Origin: a candidate division FCPU426 bacterium
GTDB taxonomy: Bacteria > Oederibacteriota > Muellerivitia > Muellerivitales > Muellerivitaceae
DNA length: 64,000 nt
Assembly: GCA_963719085.1 (NCBI GenBank)
Contig: CAVRAL010000001.1
Coordinates: 800,001-864,000 of the forward strand
Reading direction: 5' to 3'
Below the pieces are notes generated by a model. It did no database searches, had not been told where the DNA came from, and worked only from the letters and a program-made list of their open reading frames with translations. The position numbers and the translations under genes are program-made. This document shows, piece after piece, positions 40,280-50,183 of the stretch (positions within the stretch are counted from its first letter, which is position 1; each line of letters begins with the position of its first letter).

Positions 40280-42093
40280 TGTCGGTCGAACTTTCGATAA
40301 AGTTCGGATAAGGGGATGCCCATCAAGGTCGGCCGCCCATGGGGGCAGGTGAAGGGCAGGTTTTCCTTTCGCATTTGGTCGATCAAACCAGTCATTTGTT
40401 CCTGGGTTAAGTGGTCTCCCGCCATGACCGCGCTTCGGCAGGACATAAAGGTGAGCGCCTTTTCCCTGATTTGCTGGATCCGGTCCGGGCCCTGGGTGCC
40501 GTTTTTCTCGTTTTCGGACATTTCTTCGATCAAATCTTTTAAAAGTTGGGTGACATTTTTGCCGGCGAAATCGGCCGGAACACTGCGGATCAAAAAGGTA
40601 TTTCCCCCGAAAGGCGAGACTTCCAAGCCCAGTTCCATCAAGACATCTAAATGATGGCGCAGGACCTGGGCTTCCCGCGGATTAAGCTCCAGGGTTTGGG
40701 CCACCAAAAGCGGCTGGACTTCCAATTGATGCTCCCGCAGGCCCTTCATCAACCGTTCGTAATTGAGCCTTTCGTGCACCGTGTGCTGGTCGGCGATGTA
40801 CATCTCGTCGTCGGATTGGAAAACAATGAAGGTGTTGAACAATTGGCTGAAGTTATAGAGCGGGATTTGGGGATCGATCCGTTTGGCTTGGGCCGAAGCC
40901 TTATCCAGCTCGAACTTTTCGGAAGGTGAGGGAAAGCCGGAATGATTTTCCGAAAGCCCCCGCAAAAGCTTAAAGGGGTCGCTTCCCTGCGCCGCGAAAG
41001 CCGCCAGGGGAGAAACTGTGTTTTCCCGGGCCAAAGGAAGCGGTGCCGGGCTTTCGCCCGGTTGAGCCAAGGCGGGCGCGTCTTCGGAAATCGGCGCCGT
41101 GCCGTTCATCGCGTCCATGAGCGCTTTTCGGATCGCTTTCACCACAGCGTCGAAAATTTCCCGGTCTTTGGCGAATTTGACTTCACGCTTGGTGGGATGG
41201 ACGTTCACATCGACTTCGTCCAAGGGTACATCGATGAATAAAACCGCCACGGGAAAACGCCGGGTCGGTAAAAAGGTGCGGTAGGCGGTCATGACGGCGT
41301 AACCCAGCGAGGGGTTGTTGATCCAGCGGCCATTGACGAAATAAATCATGTTTTCGCGGGTAGGTTTGTTGACCGTGGGGACACTGATCATTCCCCGGAT
41401 TTTCAAATGGGGCCCTTGCCAGTCCAAAGGAATCAGGCTGGGAAATAGGTCCTTCCCCAAAACCTTCGAGACCCGGGCTTCAAAACTGGAAGCGGAAACA
41501 TCCAAGGCCACTTTTGAGTCCAGGGTCAGCTTGAAACCCACCTGGGGATTGGCCAAGGCGTAAGTCGTGACCACCATCAAAATGTGGTTTTCCTCGGTGC
41601 TTTTCTTTTTCATGAACTTCAACCGGGCCGGGGTGTTGAAAAACAAATTGGAGACGCTCAAGGTGGTGCCGATAGGCCGTCCCATCTCAGTTTCCACGGG
41701 AGCGGAGCCGCCTTTTATTTTTAGGGAGATCCCCGAAATCGAGGCCTTAGTCCGGCTGGAAAGCTCAAAATGGGAAACCGAGGCGATGCTGGAGAGCGCC
41801 TCGCCGCGGAATCCAAAAGAATGAAGGCTTTGCAGATCATCCACTTGGCGGATTTTGCTGGTGGTGTGTTTCAACACCGAAAGGCGGGCGTCTTCGGGCG
41901 CCATCCCTTCCCCGTCATCGGCGACCTTGATGAGTTTGAGGCCGCTTTCCACAATTTCCACTTCAATGAAACCAGCCTTGGCGTCCAGCGCGTTTTCCAA
42001 TAATTCTTTCACCACCGAAGCGGGTCTTTCGACCACCTCACCGGCCGCGATTTGATTGATGACGTTGGGGGGCAGCTCTTTTATTTTGGGCAA
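40276..42093 (-). CDS. mutL: DNA mismatch repair endonuclease MutL
   Basis: IAAGEVVERPASVVKEL, GFRGEAL, DVNVHPTK, DQHTVHER and CPHGRP. Confidence 0.97.
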   Translation of the reverse strand: MPKIKELPPNVINQIAAGEVVERPASVVKELLENALDAKAGFIEVEIVESGLKLIKVADDGEGMAPEDARLSVLKHTTSKIRQVDDLQSLHSFGFRGEALSSIASVSHFELSSRTKASISGISLKIKGGSAPVETEMGRPIGTTLSVSNLFFNTPARLKFMKKKSTEENHILMVVTTYALANPQVGFKLTLDSKVALDVSASSFEARVSKVLGKDLFPSLIPLDWQGPHLKIRGMISVPTVNKPTRENMIYFVNGRWINNPSLGYAVMTAYRTFLPTRRFPVAVLFIDVPLDEVDVNVHPTKREVKFAKDREIFDAVVKAIRKALMDAMNGTAPISEDAPALAQPGESPAPLPLARENTVSPLAAFAAQGSDPFKLLRGLSENHSGFPSPSEKFELDKASAQAKRIDPQIPLYNFSQLFNTFIVFQSDDEMYIADQHTVHERLNYERLMKGLREHQLEVQPLLVAQTLELNPREAQVLRHHLDVLMELGLEVSPFGGNTFLIRSVPADFAGKNVTQLLKDLIEEMSENEKNGTQGPDRIQQIREKALTFMSCRSAVMAGDHLTQEQMTGLIDQMRKENLPFTCPHGRPTLMGIPLSELYRKFDRH

Positions 42094-42145
42094 GAAAAAA
42101 CCTCAGGGACTAATCTCGTAAACTCGAACGGCTTTTTCAAGTTTT

Positions 42146-43069
42146 TCACTTGGAGTTCCAAATGGCAACGACCGCCTGGTTGGCGAAGGTGGATAGAAAA
42201 TAAAGGTCTTCTTCATTGAAAGCCAGGGTTCCTTCGGCCTTATCGACGTAAATCACGCCGATGATTTTATCCCTTTCCCAAAGGGGCACGCAAATGGCCG
42301 AGGACAGGGGAAGGTTTTTCAGGCTTTCCCGGTTTCCAAAACGAATGTCTTGAAGCGCGTCCAAAACCAGGATCGGCGTCTTTTCTTTTAAGACCGCCTC
42401 GATGATGGTGGAACTATAGGGCGACTGGGCCTCGCCGGGCGTCAAAGAATGGGTCGCCACCGGCTTTAGTTCCCCATCTTCTTGGCGAACCAATAAAAAT
42501 CCCCTGTTGGCTTGGAGCGCGCGGATCGCCATGGTCATGATGATGTTCAAAAGGGTTTTGAGTTCAAGCGCCGAATTGACCAGATTGCCGATTTCATAAA
42601 GCGCCAAAAGTTTTTTGTGGGCCAGCTCGTCGACTTTTTGGCTTTTCGTATTGTCCCCGTCTTTCACGATGTCCACCGCGAACCGGAACCGGGTATTCCC
42701 GACTGAGATGATGTCTTTATTCTGAACCGCCCCTTCCATCACGCGGATCCCGTTTAAATAGGTGCCATGGGTACTGCTTAAATCCTTTAAGGTCACCCCG
42801 TCCATTCCCAGCAAAATCTGGCAATGGTGCCGGGAAACCAGAGGATCCATTAAAAGGACTTCACAGGTGCTGGACCTTCCAAAGGTGGTCGTGGGCCGGT
42901 CGATTTTATGGATTTGCCCTTGTTCTAATCCGGCTAAAACCGTGATGGTAATTTGGGGCCGGGCTGTGTTTTTGGAAGGATTGAAAATACCGGCTGCTTT
43001 TGGATCTTGGGTTGGATTAGAGGACATCAAAATTCCGTTTCGGACAGTGACTTTAAAACCGGGAGCCAC
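42146..43069 (-). CDS. FHA + GAF domain protein
   Basis: FHA (FGRS...VSRHH...DLSSTHGTYLNG) then GAF (SAICVPL...IGVIYVD...F.EEDL); start uncertain. Confidence 0.85.
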   Translation of the reverse strand: MAPGFKVTVRNGILMSSNPTQDPKAAGIFNPSKNTARPQITITVLAGLEQGQIHKIDRPTTTFGRSSTCEVLLMDPLVSRHHCQILLGMDGVTLKDLSSTHGTYLNGIRVMEGAVQNKDIISVGNTRFRFAVDIVKDGDNTKSQKVDELAHKKLLALYEIGNLVNSALELKTLLNIIMTMAIRALQANRGFLLVRQEDGELKPVATHSLTPGEAQSPYSSTIIEAVLKEKTPILVLDALQDIRFGNRESLKNLPLSSAICVPLWERDKIIGVIYVDKAEGTLAFNEEDLYFLSTFANQAVVAIWNSK

Positions 43070-43128
43070 TATAAATTATTTTGAACCGAGGGGATAGCCC
43101 CCGACCCGCTGGGCGTTCGTCAGCCGTT

Positions 43129-44730
43129 TCAGGCTTTTTTTCGGCTTTTAATCCATTCCAGGCTTTCCGTTTTTAGCCCCTTGGCGATTGACCAATAGAC
43201 CAGTGCCCCCACGGCGGCCGGAAGAAAGACCGACGTCACTTTGATTCCCGGAAATTCCCCCTTTCCCAAAAGATCGAGCGCGAGCCAAGCCGCCAAACCC
43301 ATTCCGGCGGTGGCGGCGATGATTTTGGCGATCTCCTTAAAAATATTCGTGAATTCCAGATGAACCCCATAGCGCGCAAAGCCCCAAAGCAAAATGAGGA
43401 AATTCACCAAGGCGCCCACGCTGGTGGCCAGGGGAAACAAAAGAAATTTGGTGTGCGGGTCCGCCACGAAAAGAAAAGCGCTTAAATTCAACCCCGCCGT
43501 CGTCAGCATGTTGGCCAAGGCGGCCCAAAAGGGCCAGCGGGCTTTTTGGATCGGGTAAAAGGCTTGGGTCATTATTTTAATTCCGGTTTGGGCGAACATG
43601 CCCGAGATGTACATGCAAGTGGCCTGGGCCACCCACTGGGTGGATTCGGGGGTGAATTCGCCATGCTCAAAAGCCAATCGGCAGACCGGCAGACTGACCA
43701 CCCAAAGCCCGACCGTGCAAGGGATGGAAATAAAAAAACAGGCTTCCATCGCGCGGCTGAGGGTTTGTTGAAAGGCCCGCCGGTCTTCCGCCGCGGCTTG
43801 CCGGGAGAGTAAGGGATAAACCACGGTGGCGATGGAAACGCCAAAAACGCCGTAAGGCAGTTGCATCAAACGGTTCCCGTAATTCAGGCAAGTGACGCTT
43901 CCCGTGGGCAAAAAGGAAGCGAAAATCTGGTTCAACATCAGGTCGATTTGGGTGACCGACAGGCTGAAAATCGCGGGGACCATCAAGGCGAGGATCTCGA
44001 AAAAACCCTCGTGGCGAAGGGGCCAAGTCCAACGGATTTTTCCCCCCAGTTTCCAAACCGCGGGCAATTGGACGATCCATTGCAGGGCCATGCCGGCGGA
44101 AGTGGCGACGGTCCAAATATAGATATTTTTCAAATCGTGATCCGGGCCCGTTCCATTGTCCGCGATCAGGAAAAGTCCGGAAACAATCAGGGTGAGGTTC
44201 ATGGCGATAGGGGCCAGAGCGGAAATGCCGTACCGTTGATGGGAATTAAGGACCCCCATGCAAAGGGCCGCCATCGAGACGAATAGGATCACGGGAAATA
44301 GGATCCGGGTGAGCTGAACCGTCAAATTAAACTTGGCCGGATCGCTTAAAAAGCCCGGCGCGATGAGATGAACCAAAAAGGGGGCGAACAAAATGCCCAA
44401 AGCCGCCACCAAGCCCGTGGTGAGCAAAAGAAAAACGAAAACCTCGGAGATCAACCGCCAGGTTTGCTCGAGTTTTTCCTTTTGGAGGCTTTTGGACAGG
44501 GTCGGGACCAGCGCCGCCGACAGCGCGCCCTCCGCGAACAGGTCCCGAAGCAGGTTGGGAATCCGGTTGGCGGAAAAGTAAGCGTCCGACAAAAGGCCCG
44601 CCCCGAACAGGTGCGCGTTGATCATGTCGCGGGCAAAGCCGGTCAATCGGCTCAGTCCGGTAGCCATCGAAACGATCCTAAAATGGCGGCCCAGGGCCTT
44701 GGCGGGGCCCGCTTGATTCGAATCAACCAT
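43129..44730 (-). CDS. murJ: Lipid II flippase MurJ (MviN)
   Basis: SRLTGFARD, RIPNLLRDLFAEGAL and RLMQLPYGV. Confidence 0.95.
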   Translation of the reverse strand: MVDSNQAGPAKALGRHFRIVSMATGLSRLTGFARDMINAHLFGAGLLSDAYFSANRIPNLLRDLFAEGALSAALVPTLSKSLQKEKLEQTWRLISEVFVFLLLTTGLVAALGILFAPFLVHLIAPGFLSDPAKFNLTVQLTRILFPVILFVSMAALCMGVLNSHQRYGISALAPIAMNLTLIVSGLFLIADNGTGPDHDLKNIYIWTVATSAGMALQWIVQLPAVWKLGGKIRWTWPLRHEGFFEILALMVPAIFSLSVTQIDLMLNQIFASFLPTGSVTCLNYGNRLMQLPYGVFGVSIATVVYPLLSRQAAAEDRRAFQQTLSRAMEACFFISIPCTVGLWVVSLPVCRLAFEHGEFTPESTQWVAQATCMYISGMFAQTGIKIMTQAFYPIQKARWPFWAALANMLTTAGLNLSAFLFVADPHTKFLLFPLATSVGALVNFLILLWGFARYGVHLEFTNIFKEIAKIIAATAGMGLAAWLALDLLGKGEFPGIKVTSVFLPAAVGALVYWSIAKGLKTESLEWIKSRKKA

Positions 44731-44732
44731 TC

Positions 44733-44761
44733 TTGACAGCCCCTTTTGCTTCGTTTAGGAT
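44733..44761 (+). promoter_or_regulatory. Sigma70 promoter of rpsT
   Basis: TTGACA-N17-TAGGAT, in the short divergent murJ/rpsT spacer. Confidence 0.7.
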
Positions 44762-44801
44762 AACCGTCCTATTATCACCAGTAATACCTGAAAGGAATTC
44801 A

Positions 44802-45065
44802 ATGCCGATCATTAAGTCGTCGATTAAAGATGTCCGCCGGATCAAGCGCCGCACGGCCCGGAACTCCGCCGAGAAGAACAAAATCCGCACTGTGGTGAAG
44901 GCTGTCCGCGCCGCGAAAACCGCCGAAGAAGCCCTGGCGAAGTTGAAGATCGCCATGAAAACCCTGGATACGGCCAGTTCCAACGGGATCCTCAAGCGCC
45001 AAACCGCTTCCCGGAACGTCGCCCGTCTTTCTTCCTTCGTTCACAAGAAGTTCAAGAGCAAGTAA
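44802..45065 (+). CDS. rpsT: 30S ribosomal protein S20
   Basis: MPIIKSSIKDVR...RN...IRT..K...A.R; AGGA SD upstream; usual position between holA and murJ. Confidence 0.92.
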   Translation: MPIIKSSIKDVRRIKRRTARNSAEKNKIRTVVKAVRAAKTAEEALAKLKIAMKTLDTASSNGILKRQTASRNVARLSSFVHKKFKSK

Positions 45066-46100
45066 TTATTGCCCGTTGGCCGCCAAGGCGGCCAACGGAT
45101 TTTTACCCCACTTCACGATCCACCATTCCAAAAGGGTGGATAAGCCGGTCTTCCCAATCCGTCCCACGACTAACCCCGCTTGAATCCGGATTAAATCATT
45201 CATCGCCGCTTTAAGTTCCTCGCTGGAATATTGGCCGGCCTGTTCCCACAAACTTTTAACCCGGAAAGGGTGCAGTCCCAGCCGCTGGGCCATGTCCCCT
45301 TGGCTCAACCCTTCCGCCTTCCCCGCCGCCAGGCCCAAAAGGTCCCGCATCCTTTGATACATCATGAACACGATCCCGTTTTCGGATCCGGGCGCCATTT
45401 CGTGGAAGGACTGGATGGCTTTTTCGGTCCGGCGAAAGCCGACGGCGTCCAAAAAGGGAAAAATCTCGGCTTCGGTCCCGGGAATGGGAAGATCCAAAAT
45501 ATCCCGGAGCGTGGGTTTCTTCGCGGGCAGGATAAAAACGGATAAATGCTCCAAGGCCCGGCTTAAGTAGGCCATGTCGGTTCCCGTTTTTTGGATCAGC
45601 GCCTGGCAGGCTTCCTCGTTGATTTCAAGGCCCATCTCCTTGGCTTGCTGGCGGACCCAGGGGACCAATTTCCAATCCGGAATATCGGAGCATTGGACTG
45701 CCCAGCCTTTTTTCTCGAGATAGGCGACAATTTTGGAAGTTTTACGCAATCCGTTGGCCGTGAAAACCAGGGTGGAGTCCGGGCTGGGATTCTCGAAATA
45801 ATCGCTTAAACGGCTCAGCGCGGAGTCGGACCGGCCGCCCAAGGCTTTTTCCGCGTTGCGCAGGACCAACAGCTGTTGATTGGCGAACAAGGACGCCGTT
45901 TGCGCGCTGGACAAAAGCTCCGCGAACTGGGCTTCCCCGCTCTCAAAAACATTCACGGTGCCCTGCGGGAATTTGGACTTAAAGGCTTTTTTGAGATGGT
46001 TGTACCCTTCCGAAACCACGCCTTCGGAATCCCCGTAAAAAAGAACGGCCGCAGGCCAAACGCCTTTGGCGAGTTTTTGAATGTACTCATCGAAGTACAT
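45066..46100 (-). CDS. holA: DNA polymerase III subunit delta
   Basis: LFYGD, SLFA and LHPFR motifs; leuS-lptE-holA synteny. Confidence 0.88.
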   Translation of the reverse strand: MYFDEYIQKLAKGVWPAAVLFYGDSEGVVSEGYNHLKKAFKSKFPQGTVNVFESGEAQFAELLSSAQTASLFANQQLLVLRNAEKALGGRSDSALSRLSDYFENPSPDSTLVFTANGLRKTSKIVAYLEKKGWAVQCSDIPDWKLVPWVRQQAKEMGLEINEEACQALIQKTGTDMAYLSRALEHLSVFILPAKKPTLRDILDLPIPGTEAEIFPFLDAVGFRRTEKAIQSFHEMAPGSENGIVFMMYQRMRDLLGLAAGKAEGLSQGDMAQRLGLHPFRVKSLWEQAGQYSSEELKAAMNDLIRIQAGLVVGRIGKTGLSTLLEWWIVKWGKNPLAALAANGQ

Positions 46101-46123
46101 GGAAATTCCTTTTCGCTATCCGG

Positions 46124-46972
46124 TTAAGGAATATTTCGCGGGATGGGCTGGCTTGAAACCGGCGTACTCATGGGAAAAGCGCCCGGGATCGACATCGCTC
46201 CCGCGGACTGCGCGGCGGCGGCCGCGGCGGGCGACAGGGTGGCGATCGGGGAGGGGGGCTGCAGGGGCTGGTCCTTCACGTAAAAAAAGGTGATTCCCAC
46301 CAACTGTCCGTCCACGCTGGTCCTAAAAGAATAAAGCCCCGTGTCTTTCGGCAGGCCGGTTTGGCCAAATTCGCTGTGCAAATGATCCATCCCCAGGGTC
46401 AGGGTGGTTAAAAACCATTGATAGGTTTCATCCTGGATCGTGAGCAGCCGATCCACGAAGCTGACCCGGTACTCCTGGTCGTATTTGGCGATTTGAATTC
46501 CCGAGGGATTAAAGCACTCCACCGTAACCGTATGGATGCGGCTCGCGGGCTTGATGAGGAAATAAAGATAAAAACAGACCTGGTCGTTTTTATTCAAATA
46601 AAAATAGTTGACGCTGTCGTTGGGATAATCGTTCACGATTTTGGTGCAGGTGATCATGTGGCTGATGATGATGCCTTGATCGCCGGAGGCGCCGGAAACC
46701 GGCGCGGCGGCCGGGGCGTCCTTGACCGTGGTATTCACGCCCGAGTCCAGGGTGTTTTTAGGCACGCTGCCGGTGATCCATTGCAAGTCGGCATGGGCCG
46801 TCGATACTAGTCCCGACAGGATGAAGAAAAACAACCCCAATCCCGTCTTAAAACCGGTTTTACCGCCAAGGCGCCAAGGCGCCAAGGAAGACCCTAAATC
46901 TTTTTTGGGTTTTAATATTAAAAGCATTCCTTGGCGTCTTGGCGTCTTGGCGGTGAAAATTTGATTTTTCAT
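46124..46972 (-). CDS. Secreted hypothetical protein (Ig-like domain) with a palindromic insert in its signal peptide
   Basis: ATG 46972 lies 4 nt after the lptE stop with GGAAGGG upstream; h-region GLGLFFFILSGLV and AHA cleavage site. Confidence 0.65.
   Translation of the reverse strand: MKNQIFTAKTPRRQGMLLILKPKKDLGSSLAPWRLGGKTGFKTGLGLFFFILSGLVSTAHADLQWITGSVPKNTLDSGVNTTVKDAPAAAPVSGASGDQGIIISHMITCTKIVNDYPNDSVNYFYLNKNDQVCFYLYFLIKPASRIHTVTVECFNPSGIQIAKYDQEYRVSFVDRLLTIQDETYQWFLTTLTLGMDHLHSEFGQTGLPKDTGLYSFRTSVDGQLVGITFFYVKDQPLQPPSPIATLSPAAAAAAQSAGAMSIPGAFPMSTPVSSQPIPRNIP
46858..46959. repeat. CGCCAAG-type palindromic element, copy A (inside CDS)
   Basis: ACCGCCAAGGCGCCAAGGCGCCAAGGAA ... TTCCTTGGCGTCTTGGCGTCTTGGCGGT. 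Confidence 0.9.
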
Positions 46973-46976
46973 TTTA

Positions 46977-47642
46977 TTAATTCCCTTCCAAAACGCGCCG
47001 GACCAGGGTCCGGCATAATTCTTCGGCCATTTGGGCCTGGGCCTGCGGGTCCGTTTGCGTGATCGCCCCCACATATTGGGACGTGTAGTAAAAGTAGCTG
47101 TGGATCTTATCCTTGTCTTCCACCAGGGTCCGTTTTTGTTTTTGGTCGATCGCGTCCAAGTCATAGGTGATCGTGATCCGGTATTGAAGCACCAAATTAG
47201 TCTTCGGATCGAACAACATGGGAATCTCATCGAACTTTTTAATGTCGAGATTGACCACCAAATCCGCGCCGGCCGGATTCGAGATGGGGATCCGGCCGTC
47301 CACTTGAAAAGCTTGGATCAATTGACTTGTCATGAGGGTATCCAGGCCGTATTCGCTTGTCTCATTTTGCACCGGAGAGACCCCCACGGATTGGATGTAA
47401 GACGGCACGATCATAACCGCGGGCGCGCATCCACCCAGGCCAAAGATGGTTAGGGCTAGGGTCAGGACAAGCGTTGGTTTCAAGAAAAATGAAAAAATAA
47501 AATTTTTACCGCCGGGACGCCAAGGCGCCAAGGACGGCATATGTTTTTTGGGATTTATCATCATCTCATTCCAATGATTTTCTTGGCGTCTTAGCGTCTT
47601 GGCGGTGAAATGATTTTTTAAGCGGCTTTTTGTCTTTCGCAT
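46977..47642 (-). CDS. lptE: LPS assembly lipoprotein LptE-like
   Basis: Lipobox LGGC; NETSEYGL and ADLV...I pattern; lies between leuS and holA. Confidence 0.75.
   Translation of the reverse strand: MRKTKSRLKNHFTAKTLRRQENHWNEMMINPKKHMPSLAPWRPGGKNFIFSFFLKPTLVLTLALTIFGLGGCAPAVMIVPSYIQSVGVSPVQNETSEYGLDTLMTSQLIQAFQVDGRIPISNPAGADLVVNLDIKKFDEIPMLFDPKTNLVLQYRITITYDLDAIDQKQKRTLVEDKDKIHSYFYYTSQYVGAITQTDPQAQAQMAEELCRTLVRRVLEGN
47504..47610. repeat. CGCCAAG-type palindromic element, copy B (inside CDS)
   Basis: ACCGCCGGGACGCCAAGGCGCCAAG ... CTTGGCGTCTTAGCGTCTTGGCGGT. Confidence 0.9.
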
Positions 47643-47643
47643 T

Positions 47644-50124
47644 TCAACCCACGATGAAGTTGGCCAATTTATCCTTGACCCAAATCATTTTTTTAATTTT
47701 CGCTTCTTCCACAAACTGCCCCACCTTGGCGTCTTTCAAAATCTCAAGCCGGGCCGCCGTCTCACCCAATCCCACGGCCAGTTCCAGCCGGGCCTTGAGC
47801 TTGCCGTTGACCTGGATCGCGATTTCGACCCGATCCGCCGTCAACCACTGGGAATCAAACTGGGGCCAGCCGGAGTCCATCAGACTCTTGGCATGACCCA
47901 GGCGGTTCCACATTTCTTCCGCGATGTGGGGTGTAAAGGGCCCCAGCAAACGGATCAAGGCTTCCAAGGCTTCCCGGATCAAAGGCGTCTTGGCTTCCGG
48001 GCTTTCCTTGTAGATATAGAGCAAATTGACCAGCTCCATCATAGCGCTGATGGCCGTATTAAACTTAAATCCCCCGGTCATATCCTGGGAAACTTTTTGG
48101 ATGGTTTGGTGGGTTTTACGGCGGATTTCCTTGTCCGCTTCCGAAAGCCCTTCGGCGGAGGGGGCGGCCGCTGAGGTTTTGTAGTCCCCTCTTTCCAAAA
48201 GCTCCGTGAACAGGCGCCAGACCCGGCTCAAAAACCGGAAAGAACCGTCCACGGCCCGGTCATCCCACTCGGCGTCCCGCTCGGGGGGGCCGATGAACAA
48301 CGTGTAAAGCCGGAAGGTATCCGATCCGTATTTTTCAATCAGCTCATCGGGTTGAACCGAGTTGCCTTTGCTTTTGGACATCTTGACCCCGCCCTTGGTG
48401 ATCATGCCCTGGGTGAAAAGCTTTTTGAAGGGTTCGTCGAAGTTAATGATGCCGATATCTTTCAGGACCTTGGTGATGAAGCGGGAATAAAGCAGGTGCA
48501 GGATCGCGTGCTCCACGCCGCCGATGTACTGATCCACCGGCAGCCACTCATTGGCGGTCTTGGAATCAAAGGCCTCTTTGTCGTTGTGGGCCGAGATGTA
48601 GCGTAAAAAATACCAACTGGAATCCACGAAGGTGTCCATGGTGTCGGTTTCCCGTTTCGCCGGTCCCGCGCATTGGGGGCAAGCCACATTGACGAAACTG
48701 GGGACGCTTTTCAGGGGCGATTCCCCGGTGGGTTTAAACTCGACGTCGCGGGGCAGGCGCACCGGCAGGTCTTTTTCGGGCACCGGAACCCAGCCGCATT
48801 TTTCGCAGTGGATCATCGGAATCGGCGCGCCCCAATAGCGTTGGCGGGAAATGAGCCAGTCCCGGAGGCGGTAATTGATCGAGCCTTTTCCGCAGGATTT
48901 TTCCTCGAGCCACTCAATCATCCGCGCTTTGGACTTTTCGACATTGAGGCCGTTTAAAAAATCCGAGCCCATCAACAAACCGTCCTCAGTGTGGGCTTCC
49001 TTCAAGTCGGCGCTTTTGTCGCCGTTGGGCCCCTCGATGACCCGGACGACGGGAATTTTATATTTTTGGGCGAAGGCGAAGTCCCGGGTGTCGTGGGCCG
49101 GCACGGCCATGATGGCGCCGGTCCCGTAATTCATGAGCACGTAATTGGCGATATAGATGGGAATTAATTTTCCGTTGACCGGATTGACGGCTTGGCGGCC
49201 CGTATCAACTCCCAGTTTATCCCCCGTCTCCCCAATGCGCTCCAAGGAGCTGAGTTTGCGCGCGTTAGCGGCGAAGGCCTTGATCTCTTTTTCCGTGGGA
49301 CTTCCGGCGGCCAGGCGTTCCACCAAAGGATGCTCGGGGGCCAGCACCATGTAAGTGGCGCCAAAAAGGGTGTCGGGCCGGGTGGTGAAAACCGTGACCT
49401 TGGCGTCCATCCCCTCGACTTTAAAATCAACCTCGGCGCCCTGGCTTCGGCCGATCCAGTTGCGCTGCATGGTCTTCACGCGGTCGGGCCAATGGTCCAA
49501 ACGGTCCAAATCGCTCAACAAGCGGTCGCCATATTCGGTGATTTTAAAGAACCATTGTTCCAGGTCCTTTTGTTCCACGAGGGAGTCACAGCGCTCGCAC
49601 CGGCCGTCGATGACCTGCTCATTGGCCAAAACGGTCATGTCGGTGGGGCACCAATTCACGTTGGCTTTTTTGCGGTAGGCCAGCCCCCGCTCGTAAAGTT
49701 TGAGGAAAATCCATTGGGTCCAGCGGTAATAGTCGGGCAGGCAGGAAACCACTTCTTTGTCCCAATCATAGCCCATGCCCCAATCGTAAAATTGGCCCTT
49801 CATGCGTTCGATGTTTTTCAGCGTCCAATCTTCCGGATGGATCCCCTTTTTGATGGCGGTGTTCTCGGCGGGCAGTCCAAAAGCGTCAAAGCCCATGGGA
49901 TTCAGGACATTGTGGCCTTGGGACCGGAAGTAGCGGAAAACCGCGTCGCCGATGATGTAGTTGCGGCCGTGGCCGGCGTGAAGAAAATCCCCCGAAGGAT
50001 AAGGAAACATGACCAGGGTGTAATATTTATCGGCGGGTTTGCTCAGGTCACAATAAAAACTATTCTGGTCTTTCCAGAATTTTTTCCAGCGCTGTTCAAT
50101 CTCCGCGAAATTGTAGGCTTCCAT
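47644..50124 (-). CDS. leuS: Leucine--tRNA ligase
   Basis: [29 protein letters not shown] and KMSKS. Confidence 0.98.
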   Translation of the reverse strand: MEAYNFAEIEQRWKKFWKDQNSFYCDLSKPADKYYTLVMFPYPSGDFLHAGHGRNYIIGDAVFRYFRSQGHNVLNPMGFDAFGLPAENTAIKKGIHPEDWTLKNIERMKGQFYDWGMGYDWDKEVVSCLPDYYRWTQWIFLKLYERGLAYRKKANVNWCPTDMTVLANEQVIDGRCERCDSLVEQKDLEQWFFKITEYGDRLLSDLDRLDHWPDRVKTMQRNWIGRSQGAEVDFKVEGMDAKVTVFTTRPDTLFGATYMVLAPEHPLVERLAAGSPTEKEIKAFAANARKLSSLERIGETGDKLGVDTGRQAVNPVNGKLIPIYIANYVLMNYGTGAIMAVPAHDTRDFAFAQKYKIPVVRVIEGPNGDKSADLKEAHTEDGLLMGSDFLNGLNVEKSKARMIEWLEEKSCGKGSINYRLRDWLISRQRYWGAPIPMIHCEKCGWVPVPEKDLPVRLPRDVEFKPTGESPLKSVPSFVNVACPQCAGPAKRETDTMDTFVDSSWYFLRYISAHNDKEAFDSKTANEWLPVDQYIGGVEHAILHLLYSRFITKVLKDIGIINFDEPFKKLFTQGMITKGGVKMSKSKGNSVQPDELIEKYGSDTFRLYTLFIGPPERDAEWDDRAVDGSFRFLSRVWRLFTELLERGDYKTSAAAPSAEGLSEADKEIRRKTHQTIQKVSQDMTGGFKFNTAISAMMELVNLLYIYKESPEAKTPLIREALEALIRLLGPFTPHIAEEMWNRLGHAKSLMDSGWPQFDSQWLTADRVEIAIQVNGKLKARLELAVGLGETAARLEILKDAKVGQFVEEAKIKKMIWVKDKLANFIVG

Positions 50125-50183
50125 TCCCTATTCCTCTTTCCCGACCGGGACGAAATTATAAAGCATTTTTTTGGAAAAACGCG

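Noticed and set aside
40276..40820. MutL motif DQHTVHER (Thr in place of the usual Ala) as loss of endonuclease activity
   Set aside because: The metal-binding residues, SCR and CPHGRP are intact; this is an ordinary MutH-independent MutL.
46973..47230. N-terminal extension of ORF 46124..47230 overlapping lptE
   Set aside because: Out-of-frame overlap with lptE; ATG 46972 has an SD and yields a signal peptide.
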